A model generated the notes under the pieces. It had not been told where the DNA came from and ran no database searches. It saw only the letters and a list, made by a program, of their open reading frames with translations. Shown here piece by piece: positions 52,902 to 64,000 of a stretch of 64,000 bases of DNA (within the stretch, counting starts at the first letter, position 1; each line of letters starts with the position of its first letter). Made by a program: the position numbers and the translations under genes. This DNA comes from Octopus sinensis (taxonomy: Eukaryota): positions 1 to 64,000 of the forward strand of contig NW_021833473.1 in the NCBI RefSeq assembly GCF_006345805.1. Direction: 5' to 3'.

Positions 52902-53215
52902 GGAGGCGCAATGGCCCAGTGGTTAGGGCAGCAGACTCGCGGTCGGAAGATCGCCGTTTCGATTCCCAGACCGGGCGTTGTGTGTGTTTATTGAGCGAAA
53001 GCACCTAAAGCTCCACGAAGCTCCGGCAGGCGATGGTGCCGACCCCTGTTGTACTCTTTCGCCCCAACTTTCTCTCACTCTCTCTTCCTGTTTCTTGAAT
53101 AACGCTGCGATGGACTGGCGTCTCGCCCAGCTGGAGGGAACACATACGCCACAGAAACCGGGCCCATGAGCCTGGCTAGGCTTGAAAAGGGTGCATAAAT
53201 AAATAAATAATATGA
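52902..53215 (+). mobile_element. family C SINE (tail type 1)
   Basis: Near-copy of 4424-4735; probable TSD tctccgaaa at 52891-52899 and 53216-53224. Confidence 0.85.
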
Positions 53216-55077
53216 TCTCCGAAATATGATAATGCGAAACTAAAATGCAGAGATACTGCCATGCGCATACAACTCGAACTGCGAAACCGCTTCAAGTGGC
53301 TTCAATGCATTTTTGATGAGCCTAATCCACACCCCAAAACAAGTGAAACAACCTCAAACATCTTTGGCAAAAAGCATCGAGATAAGAACTGTGGTTTACC
53401 AAGCATAATCAAAATTAGTAGATATCGGGACACACCGTAAAACTTTCTAAGTGATCAAAATTAATTACTCAGGCGACAAAAGGCCTATTCTGTCCGTACT
53501 GATTGTAATGAATCGGCGCATCGTGGATTTAGACATGCAAAATGCGTCTTTAATCAAGGACTTACGAAAACTTTTAAAGTCGATCACAAGTGCCTACTAA
53601 CAAGTGAATTGACTTTCAATGCTCAATGAGCCATTATTTTGGAATTTAGATAATGGTCTCACTTGATGGTGTAACCATTTTTCAAACCCATAACCATGAC
53701 ATGCTTAATAACCGGCCGCAATTAGACTCTCCTGGTACCGTTCTTTATACATGCAATTTGGAGGATTGATCATTCACGGAATTGCAGTCGGTTACGTGGG
53801 TCCACTCATTCGTTGAACTCCTCAGCAGGTTGGTCCTAGCAGCATTATAGAACAAACTTTATTGTGGTATTTAGCATGAAATAAACTCTCATTTAGGCTT
53901 TTAGTGCAAAACGCACACTTGTTTATATCGTTAGCGGGGAGATAACTCCCCACCAACTCCAGTGCCGAGGCCACCAGATCACGTTATTTCGATCTTCCTT
54001 AGTCTCATCGGTGATAGGCGCTCGACCGCTAGAAACAGCAGTAATTTTAGAAAATCAGTGCCTGAACAGGCACTGGTATCGCGATTAGCCAGTAAGCTTG
54101 TTAAAAGTATTTTATTAGCGTCAGCGGTAGTATTAATACGGAGAGGTAATATTTATTACCACTTAAACGTGGATGTTCAGTTAGATAAAAACAAGCGTGT
54201 ATTTAACACCAAAATCCGATATGAGAGTTTCTTTCATGGCATCTACCGCAGTAAAGTTTGATCTAAGTGGGAATAAATATTACTTATAAGTTTATACATC
54301 AGAGCATCATCAACAAAATGGCAGAAAGAAGAGATGATTACTTTAAACAAGTGTATAGCAAGAATAACAAAAGTCCTAGATCTAAACACTTTGATATCCC
54401 TGATATTATCGGGGTTGCTATTGATTTCAAGACCATTCAGCAACATCTGTAGCACCCTGTCACTAAACAAGGCTCCTACCACATAGAATTCTTATTGATT
54501 CTCTGTATTAGTTTACTTGAAGATATCGCGTTGAAAACTTTGGTAATATCTTGAACTATTACACTCATACTGATATATTTTGTCCCAGGTTTCGATCAGA
54601 TTTTGTTAAAAGATAGGATTTGCAGTTATGACGTGTTCTAAAGCCATGCAGGTATTCATTGATCGTTTTACTAATATCGATAATCTTTTGACATTACAAC
54701 AATTTATTCTGTTCTCTATCTAGGGATTTAAGATATAGTATGACGTAGGGATTATCAAGACGAATTACATAAACTTTGGTAGCTCTGTGTGTGATGCTTT
54801 GGTCAAAAACCAATCACGTAAACATCTGGCGTATCAACCGCCATTCGCTGTCTTTCATAATTTAGTTAACTGATACTTTACATTTTATGCTTTCGATCAC
54901 AACTAGTGAATTAAGATATTTAGATAAAAGAAAATAATGTCTAAGATTGTAATACTTGTTGCAAAGCTTAAACGCAGGAGCAATTACAAAATTAAAATTA
55001 TTTGGACAATGCTGCATTATTGAGAATATTAGTTGAAACACTATCCACTAAGCGCTTACGTTCAAGTCTACGTAAAG

Positions 55078-55111
<34 letters not shown>

Positions 55112-55116
55112 CGTAC

Positions 55117-55234
<118 letters not shown>

Positions 55235-55593
55235 CTCTATCTCTCTCTCTCTCTCACTCCTCCCCATCTTTGTCACTGCTAGCCAAAACTACTTCTTTTT
55301 ACATGCGGACTTCAAACTGTGAACACACATTTGCATTCCCTTGCGCTGCCAGAATCTCCTCCGTCTAAGCCAGAAAAAGGCCTTTTCGTTTGTTTTCTTG
55401 TTTATTTTTATTTCTCGTATTGTATTTTCTTGTACATGTATTTTTATCTTGTAATTTATTTTGTATTTTTATTTTCATTTGTATCGTTTTTACGTCCTGT
55501 TTGTGTTACATTTTTTTTTTCTTTCTTGTTTTTACCCCTCTGCGAAGTAATTTTATTTTAATTCTCTCGCACGAAGGGCTAGTTTCGACGAGT

Positions 55594-55655
55594 CGTGTTC
55601 TGTCTTACCTTCGAAACACGCTAGAGTTGAACTAGAGACAGCTGATGAAGGGGGG
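55594..55655 (+). ncRNA. candidate hammerhead with non-standard strand order (speculative)
   Basis: cgtgTT-ctgtctt-a-ccttc-GAAAcacg-14 nt-gagacag-CTGATGA-a-ggggg; stems III (5 bp), I (7 bp) and II (5 bp, 2 G.U) can all be drawn. Confidence 0.4.
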
Positions 55656-55949
55656 TTTTCCTTGTGTAGTTTGTCTTGTACTCTGTTTTTCTGTTGTAAA
55701 AAAATGGTTTGTTCCATGCTTGTTTTTCCGTTTTCGTTTCTCGTTGAGTTCTACGTCTAGTTGTGGTGTCCTGTACTCACGTATATATATGTATATATGC
55801 ATGTATATGTACATGTAGATGTAGGTACGTACATATATGTTTGTATGTATGCATATATCTTATTTATTACACTATTGTTTGACAGCGTCCTCGCGTCGAT
55901 TCGATTCGATTCGTTCATTTCGTTCCGTTCTTATTCTCCAGTACTGTTT

Positions 55950-55981
<32 letters not shown>

Positions 55982-56170
55982 CACACATACATATGTATGT
56001 GTGTGTGTGATTACATAAAGCAAAAATGTACACAAACAGACAACTAAATAGATACATAGACATACATGTTAAGTCTGGGGAAGGGAGATCAATGCCTATG
56101 ATCTCAGCAGGTCCTCTTTCTGCCTAAAGACACTCTTGCCAAGCCTTTCAGAAATCCATGGTTCCCTATT

Positions 56171-56655
56171 TTTTTGCGACCCCATTCGGTCATGAATGAC
56201 CATTGGATTGCACCTAGAAAGTTACCCTCCGAGGCACAAGTCTGGGCAAGATTGTTTTATGGAAGACCAGCAGTCGCCCATGCATACCAGCCTCCTCTCT
56301 CCACGCCACCGATGTTATCAAAGAGAGAGGTAATGGCCGATACAGCTTGGCACCAGTGACATCGCAGCTCATTTATTAACGTGTAAGTGGCTGAGCACTC
56401 CACAGACACGTGTACCCTTAACGTAGTTCTCGGGGAGATTCAGCATGACACAGAGTGTGACAAGGCTGGCCCTTTGAAATACAGGTACAACGAAACAGGA
56501 GGAAAGAGTGAGAGAAAATTGTAGTGAAAGAGTACACTCGTGGAACTTTAGATGTTTTTGCTCTATAAACACTCACAATGCCCGGTCTGGGAATCGAAAC
56601 CGCAGTCCTACCACCGCGAGTCCGCTGCCCTAACCACTGGGCCATTGCGCCTCCA
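56171..56655 (-). mobile_element. chimeric SINE: family C head and body fused to family D tail, 14-bp TSD
   Basis: catggttccctatt at 56157-56170 and cacggttccctatt at 56656-56669; junction gcagctcattt|attaacgtg at 56374/56375. Confidence 0.85.
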
Positions 56656-57699
56656 CACGGTTCCCTATTAGAATATCTAATATGACAGTTTTTTTTTTAT
56701 TCAACATCAATATTACAAAACTTTGTCCCTGGATAATAACATCTGTGTATGAAAACTATGTCCCTGGAATTGATAATAAAAACAATATCTTTATTTCACC
56801 GTCGACGGCGAGCAGGAAAGATGAAGGCTTCCTCTGCAGGGTACTGCTCATAGAACCTTAGTATATTTTGCAAAGCGGGGAGAATAAGAAGACTGTAAGA
56901 TTGGTGAAAATCGCTTTGGCAATAGACTTACTGACGTCATTTATTATATCCGACAACATAGGTTCGAGAACAAGGGGTGAAAGGGTGCCAATGTGTCCCT
57001 AAAATTTTGCGTAGGTAATGAAAACGCTTTGAACATCCTCCTGGAAAACTTTATCGCTGAAACGAACGAGTTTAGAAACATTTTTGAACTGATTTGAAAC
57101 ATTACTTTTCCATAATTGGGTTTATCTGATTTGATAAATGCGTAAAAATAATGATTACTACTAATATACTTGTATTTAAGGCGCCGAGCTGCTAGAATCG
57201 TTAGCACCGCAGAGAAAATGCTTAGCAGTATTTCATCCATCTTTACGTCCTGACTGCAAATTCCGCCGAGGTTTACTTAGCTTTTCATCTTTACGGGTTC
57301 GATAAAATAAGTACCAGTTGAATACTGGGGTCGATATAATCAACTCCCTCCCGGCACACGAAAAATTGCTGGTTTTATGCCAAAATTTGTTTGTTTTGAT
57401 ATTAAGATTGAAAAAAATCGACCTTGCTTGTAAAAAAAAATTGGTCTTAGATTTACGCCCATTAAGCAAATTTCGTTCCCGCATTTATGTTCCACAAGGA
57501 GTTGTTCTTGGGATAGAAAATAACTATGGGCTCGACATGCCACATGCTTCATCGGTGTTTATTTTTAGGAAACAGATAAGATAGTCCTCATATTTCCTAT
57601 ATTTAACATTTTGTCTTAATATATTAAATCATAAAATGTGTTCGATAGGAATAATATTTCCAAAGGAAACAGATATTTCCCCCATATATCATCATATGA

Positions 57700-58050
57700 T
57701 GCACTTGGACACATCATCAGAGATGCTTCCTGGAGTCACTAGGTGTTTCCGGGTCTTTCACCCAGGCGACTCAACCAGGGTTGACCAGCGTCCAGTTAGT
57801 TCTACCTCTGAGAGCACTTCCCCTTCCAGGATTCGCACCTCTTGTCCCACAGTCAGCTTGAAGCATCCTATGCCACCTCCACAGCTAATCTGATGGCCTT
57901 CCACTTGATGGCCCTTGTAACGCCAAACATGCTGTAAAAGTCTGTAGAGGAACTGGCCAGCAAAACTCCTGCATCCTGTCTCGAAAGGATCACATCTCGA
58001 TTGCCATCCACTTGCTCAGCATATTTCCTCCTTTTCCATAGAATCAGAAA
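57700..58050 (-). pseudogene. HERO-like RLE-LINE 3' fragment
   Basis: Minus frames GWQSRCDPFETGCRSFAGQFLYRLL and KAIRLAVEVA*DASS*LWDKR (cf. GW..C.P.EVGCRGF / A..ASRWLW), then a short GC-richer 3' UTR. Confidence 0.75.
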
Positions 58051-58711
58051 TACCGTTTTTGGCACCAAGATAAAAATTCCTGAATCTGAGATCCTGACAA
58101 TTAGAAAATTTACTGACAATTTTTTGTTTATTTGAATCATTTTTTTTTCCCACAAGATTAATAATAATTTTTAATAGTTAGTTTTCGTTGAAACTATTTT
58201 TTATTTTTTAATGTTTATATAATTATTGTTTTTAATTCGAATTAAAATATTTTTAATTGTTTCTTTGATTTAAAAATTTTCCAATATGATTTAGGTCAAA
58301 TGTTAATAATGTGTAGCAGAATTTTAGATTTTAGTACAAAGTCAGCTATTTCGGGGGAGGGGTAAGTCGATTCCATCGACCCCCAGTGCTTAGCTTATAC
58401 CAATTTTTTCAACCTCGATAAAATGAAAGTCAAAGTCAAAGTCGACCTCGGCGGAATTTGAACTCAAGATGTGAAGACGGATGAAATGCCATTAAGCATT
58501 TTGACCGGCGTGCTAATGATTCTAATAGCTCGCTGTCTTTAATAATGCGAAAATACTATTATAGATAGTGGTCCGTGGTGCGTGGTGCACGTTCCACGTC
58601 GGGTCACCAATTATAGATAGTGGTTCGTAGTCCACGTCGGGTCACATCAAAGTGATGTGTAGTGTGATCATCTAATAACGATTCATATCAGAAGGCTGAA
58701 ACAATGCATAT

Positions 58712-59097
58712 TAGGAGCACTCCGTCGGTTGCGACGATGAGGGTCCCAGCTGATACGATCAACGGAACAGCTTGCTCGTGATATTAACGTGCAAGTGGCT
58801 GAGCACTCCCCAGACACGTGTACCCTTAAAGTAGTTCTCGGGGATATTCAGCGTGACACACAGAATGTGACAAGGCTGGCCCTTTGAAATACAGGTACAA
58901 GAGAAACAGGAAGAAAGAGCGAGAGAAAGTTGTGGTGAAAGAGTACAGCAGGGTTCACCACCACCCCCTGCCGGAGCCTCGTGGAGCTTTAGGTGTTTTC
59001 GGTCAATAAACATTCACAACGCCCGGTCTGGGAATCGAAACCGCGATCCTCCGACCGCGAGTCCGCTGCCCTAACCACTGGGCCATTGCGCCTCCAC
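58712..59097 (-). mobile_element. family C SINE (tail type 3), 14-bp TSD
   Basis: gaaacaatgcatat at 58698-58711 and 59098-59111. Confidence 0.92.
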
Positions 59098-59307
59098 GAA
59101 ACAATGCATATAACGTGCCAGTAGATAAAGAGAGAAACACAACCGAGTAGAATGCTTGGAGAGAGATCTTATTGGTATGTTAACATGTACATGTCATGTA
59201 TATAAAAATAAATGACAGGCCGTCATGAGAACAAAGTGTATGTGTGTCTGTGTGTGCGTTAAGTACATATAAGAACAATGAAGAGGAAGAAAGTGAAAGT
59301 CTAATAG

Positions 59308-59466
59308 GCGTAGGAGTGGCTGTGTGGTAAGTAGCTTGCTTACGAACCACATGGTTCCGGGTTCAGTCCCACTGCATGGCACTTTGGGCAAGTGTCTTCT
59401 ACTATAGCCTGGGCCGACCAAAGCCCTTTGAGTGGATTTGGTAGACGGAAACTGAAAGAAGCTCGT

Positions 59467-59519
<53 letters not shown>

Positions 59520-59805
59520 ATATATGTATATATATATACATATATATGTGTGTGTGTGTGTGTGGTGTGTGTGTGTGTGTGTGTGTGTTGTGTATATGTT
59601 TATGTGTCTGTGTTTTTCCCCGCCCAACATCGCTTAACAACTGACGTTAGTATGTTTACGTCCCCGCCACTTAGCGGTTCGGAATGAGAGACCGATAGAA
59701 TAAGTACTAGGCTTACAAAGAATAAGTCCTGGGATCGACTCGCTCGACTAAAGGCGGTGCTCCAGCATGGCCGCAGTCAAATGACTGAAACTAGTAAAAG
59801 AAAAA
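59308..59805 (+). mobile_element. family B SINE with long internal (TA)n(TG)n
   Basis: Head ggcgtaggagtggctgtgtggtaag; microsatellite ~59468-59610; tail gactgaaactagtaaaag. Confidence 0.87.
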
Positions 59806-59829
59806 ATAAATATACAAAAGAGACAGTGG

Positions 59830-60460
59830 AGCCACTGGAGCTCCAAGATGCAGCCGAAAATGTGGATTCTGTCATATTCCTGTGGAAGATATCATACCTG
59901 TGATTAGCAGCTTCCCAAAAATGCCATTAAGCTACTATCTCCTTACGTGACATTACTTTGTCGCAGAGACAATATACGCTGACATTCGGTGAAAAAGACG
60001 GTACTGGAATAAAGATAGACAACCCCGCTGTTATTGAATACATACTCAATAGTCAACACAAGGAATACTGGGGGGGGGGGATATTCCCATCAAAATCATC
60101 TGACAAGTGTAAACATAAGGGGCAAGATATTGTTGTTTGGGGCAAACAAAAAAAAGTATATACCATCATAGAGAACAGCTGTGCTACTAATGTGAGTATC
60201 TCTTTGAAAATCAAAGAGAAAGCGGATAACTATGGACAACTGCTTCGAAACCTTCAACTTCTATTTTCAAATGATAAATTCCCATTTATACTAATAATAA
60301 TTGGTCCACTTGGTTTTGTGAGTAAATGTCTAAGTGATAATTTGGATAAGCTAGGGGTTTTAGAAAAAGAAATCAACCAACTCGCACACTACAGATACGA
60401 TCTGTAAGTGGAACAGTAAAAATGTGCAAGACTTTTCTCAAGTTCAAAATTGTTGACATT
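59830..60460 (+). pseudogene. RLE-LINE C-terminal fragment (degenerate knuckle + endonuclease)
   Basis: KCGFCHIPVEDII.VISS, KEYW, KCKHKGQDIVVW..IIENSC..KEKADNYGQLLRNLQLL..IIIGPLG, then LQIRSVSGTVKMCKTFLKF in another frame. Confidence 0.8.
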
Positions 60461-60804
60461 GTTTTTGTTATTTACATTCAAACGTTGGAGTTTTGTATCT
60501 TTGTAAGAATCCAGCTCCTCCCTTAGAGAAATGGTCAAAGCAATTAAAAATAGATGAAAGCAAACATACAAACATACATACATACACACACATACATACA
60601 CACACATGCAAACATACAAACATACATACATACATACAAACATACATACATACATACATACATGCATACATGCATACACACACACGCACATACATACATA
60701 CATACATACATACATACATACATACATACACATACATACATACATACATGCATACACACACACGCACATACATACATACATACATACATACATACATACT
60801 AGCC

Positions 60805-60957
60805 ACTACACATATTTTTTCTGTGTCCCTTTCTGTAGAAAAACGTAGGCTCGAAACGTAAAAGACTTTTTCAATTCCTGAGCGTTATACTAATACATCT
60901 GTTTGTTTTGTACACTACCTGTCTTCGTCTTTTGTTTTTTTTCGTGAACTCTCCCCC
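60805..60957 (+). mobile_element. PLE-like terminal-repeat remnant with decayed hammerhead
   Basis: ctgtaga-a-aaac-gtag-gctc-gaaacgta-aaagac; homologous to 61400-61592 and 8230-8340. Confidence 0.55.
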
Positions 60958-60990
60958 TACATACATACATACATACATACATACACGCAT

Positions 60991-61344
60991 GCATTATGGC
61001 GGCCCCCTCGTTATCGAGTATGGCCATTGCACGAAGCTTAACTGTTACTGGTGCTGTGATCGAATGTGACTTTTTAGCCCAGCTAAAGATCTAGAATGTC
61101 TTGTACAAAATTGGCAACTAAGACCTTTACTGGTAATAGCCGGCTGTAGTTGTAACTGGGCTTCATGTACTTTTGCATGTCGTTTAAGTCCTCCTGCCGA
61201 ATTACACTCTCTTCCACATGCCCGACAGATATGATTAGTATGGTGTGTTACACCACCACCAGTGGCCAGGTTGTCACTCATCTCTCTCGCTTTATGACTA
61301 CGAAGATGACTCATGAGTCCAGCTTTACTGAGGCAGGGTCTCAC
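60991..61344 (-). mobile_element. probable RTE-like LINE 3' end encoding three tandem C2H2-type fingers
   Basis: ..CLSKAGLMSHLRSH, CRACGRECNSAGGLKRHAKVH, CQFCTRHSRSLAGLKSHIRSQH; stop at 61045; short 3' UTR into (ATGT)n; no TGEKP linkers. Confidence 0.6.
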
Positions 61345-61399
61345 ATACATACATACATACATACATACATACATACATACATACATACGTTGATTCGCT

Positions 61400-61592
61400 A
61401 GCTTCTGCACGCATTTTTTTCTCTCCTTGTTTCTCTCCGTGTTTCTTTTCTGTGTGTCTTTCTGTTGAAGAGCGTAGGCTCGAAACGTAAAAGACTTGTT
61501 TTATTTATATTCCTGAGCGCCATACTAATACAATTGTTTGTTTGTATTCCACCTGCCTTCGTCTTTTGTTTATTTTCATAAAGCTTCCCGTT
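61400..61592 (+). mobile_element. PLE-like terminal-repeat remnant with near-perfect minimal hammerhead (61456-61495)
   Basis: gtcttt-CTGTTGA-A-GAGC-gtag-GCTC-GAAAC-GTA-aaagac; 6-bp stem I; only core position 6 deviates. Confidence 0.65.
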
Positions 61593-62287
61593 ACATACAT
61601 ACATAAAGTGAAGTTGAATTAACATGAGCATGTCTAGCTCTTTTTCAGTTGTGGAATTAGAAATCGTCAGCTTCCATAGCTATTGGCCCTTACAATATCA
61701 GCGTGAGATGCTGGCTTGCGAAATTACCTTGTGAGAGAACGTTTTCTAAACCTTTCTTTCCGTATTCAAAAAACCAAAATACAAACAAACAAAAGCATAA
61801 GATCTTTGTTTTACTTATGTGAATACACATTGTATTAATTCCTAAAGTCTTTTCACGTAACTTATTATCTCCTGAATAATTAAAAGAATAACAGCAAAAT
61901 TTTAAATATTCCAGTAAATATTGCTGGTATTTTCTTTCTTCTTATTAACATCAAAGGCTGGCGTACTGCAAAATTAATGAGTTATTATATAAATTCGAAA
62001 CTCTCTATAATATGAATACAATAACTCTTAAACTGGTCTCTTCAAACTTGTAGTAATAAACTTAAATTATAAAAACGATAATTACATTAAATTAAAATAC
62101 TGATTTAAATATTACCTTCCATTATTTTTTTTTAATCTTTTCGTTCGCCTTTTCAATTTGCGCGAAGGAAACCATAACACAACGCAAACACGCAGAGATG
62201 AAAGTGAAATATATCCCTATGATGGTAGCTAATTGCTTAAAAATAATTATGTGCATGCATACACGTATATATATGCGTATGTCTATA

Positions 62288-62335
<48 letters not shown>

Positions 62336-62447
62336 AATATATATATATATATATACAAATATATATATATATATATATTATATATACAAATATATATATA
62401 TATATATATATATACAAATATATATATACGTACAAATATATATATAT

Positions 62448-62490
<43 letters not shown>

Positions 62491-62908
62491 GCACACATAC
62501 AAAAATACATACACACACACATATATAGGCATAGTGTGTGTGTGTGTGTACTTACATTAATATCACATATATAAACTTGTTGTAAAAAGGGGCTGTGTTG
62601 TGATTGGACGAAATGTTCTTGCGTTCCTAATGCAGAATGATGTCAAATTATGGAAATATTCCCTGTTACGCCCACGCCTTTATGACACGAAGAAATTTCC
62701 CTAGCTTCATAAAAGTAAAGATTATATTATATATGACTGATTAGTTAAATTTAAAACATTTGTAGTTCGACTTTTTTCGACCTCTTGAACATTGGAGACC
62801 TCCCAAAATGTTTCCAACCAATTTTTCTACCTCCAGCATAATTCTCTTGCCAATGGAAGTTTATGCTGACCATTTGGAAATCCGTGCTTTAGAGCAAGAA
62901 TGCCTAGA

Positions 62909-63270
62909 ATCTTTTCGCTTTGACCGGCAGATTTTTAAAATAATTTCTTTGTAACTAAACACTTTTAAACTTCGTATACTGGCAGAATGTATTTATAAAA
63001 CATTTTTTTCTCATGGTTTTCTTGAGAAAATTAATTTCTTGCATTTCGGCAATTTCAACCAATCAATGACGTCTATTGAGGTGAATTCAATTTCTGCCGT
63101 AATGTGTCAACAACAAAATCAAAGACCAAATATCTTACAAACTACAGAATTTTCTCAAGAAAGCCAAAAGAAAAAGATGTTCTATAAACACATTCTACCA
63201 CTATACGAAGTTTAACATTTTTAGTTACAAAGAAATTATTTTAAAAATCTGCCGGTCAAAGCGAAAAGAT
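62909..63270. mobile_element. MITE-like element, ~123-bp terminal inverted repeats
   Basis: atcttttcgctttgaccggcagatttttaaaataatttctttgtaactaa (62909-63032) versus ttagttacaaagaaattattttaaaaatctgccggtcaaagcgaaaagat (63148-63270). Confidence 0.85.
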
Positions 63271-64000
63271 CCAATGCCCCAGAGATGTTCTGTTATAGTT
63301 AGAACCACATTTAAGATGCTGCACAGGAATGTCAAATCGACTGCAGTACTTGATGGGTACTTTATTTTCCCGACACTAGAAAAGTAAAACGCAAAATTTA
63401 TCTCGGTACGTGAATGGCCAACAAAAACTGAAAATATTTTGTCTGTGCGTCTACGGAAACAACGCGAAACAAACCTGGTTCAGTCATCGAGAAAGTCTCA
63501 ATTTCTAGTTCTACAATCTTTACATTATCGCTTAAGCTTTCGTAAGCAGGATGGTGAAGTAAAATTATCCAAATATGTTCATTAAGATGAAGGAAGATCG
63601 ATTACCAGGAGCGTAACTTGGAAGGCGAACTCCTAAAGAAGATATTTTTATCAACATTATTAAACCGATCTTCTTTCTTTTTTATTAACAACAATGAAAG
63701 ATCGCCGTCCCCAGTTTTGTACAACTTGCGTTTCCAGTCAGCAATATTTTGTCCACTTGTTAAGCTTAACCCTGTTAATGCACGTTAGGCATTATTTGAA
63801 ACTGATTTAATATTTTTCCAGTGTCTTCGAAACACAAAATTATTTTGCTGCAAAACAGTTAAGTGTTTTTCTGAATTTTTAATAACATTCAGTTTAAATA
63901 AAGTAGTATATTGTTATGCTTATTCTGTTCGGTAATTTTTATTCAAGGTAATGGATAAATTATAACACTACAATACGAGGTAATAGTGCCCCAGGAAAGC

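Noticed and set aside
54160-54720. Possible Penelope RT thumb and YIDD-like motif (RFTNIDNLLTL)
   Set aside because: Motifs are weak and in the wrong order; cannot be supported by eye.
57680-57780. CUGAUGA and GAAAC in the HERO-like 3' UTR (minus strand)
   Set aside because: No coherent stem II or stem III in any permutation I could draw.
58558-58646. Short imperfect direct repeat (attatagatagtggt..tccacgtcgggtcac x2)
   Set aside because: Consistent with simple slippage duplication; no other signal.
61045-61410. Host C2H2 zinc-finger gene
   Set aside because: The ORF start is microsatellite-derived, there are no TGEKP linkers or splice context, and the 3' end looks like a retroelement tail; kept only as a mobile-element fragment.

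Overview
AT-rich, repeat-saturated eukaryotic DNA. The SINE repertoire and microsatellite load look molluscan, probably octopus-like (inference, not verified). No intact host gene could be supported; almost all ORF-track entries are microsatellite or SINE translations. Contents: (1) at least four tRNA-headed SINE families, labelled A-D here. Family A often forms head-plus-tandem-body multimers inside one target-site duplication (TSD), and heads and tails are swapped between families C and D. (2) Decayed LINE fragments: a young R4/Dong-like 3' end running into (TAA)n, a second restriction-like-endonuclease (RLE) family in three places, a HERO-like 3' end and two RTE-like pieces. (3) Two non-autonomous Helitrons and three fold-back/MITE-like elements. 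(4) A cluster of Penelope-like (PLE) remnants carrying hammerhead ribozyme (HHR) motifs. The best candidates for a new system are a 482-bp tandem unit with one type I hammerhead per copy plus a 269-bp inverted arm (38072-39207, retrozyme-like), a neighbouring opposite-strand element with a perfect-core hammerhead and ~85-nt stem II (40062-40178), and a motif at 55594-55655 with all hammerhead strands present but in a non-standard order. All RNA folds were made by eye and none is tested.
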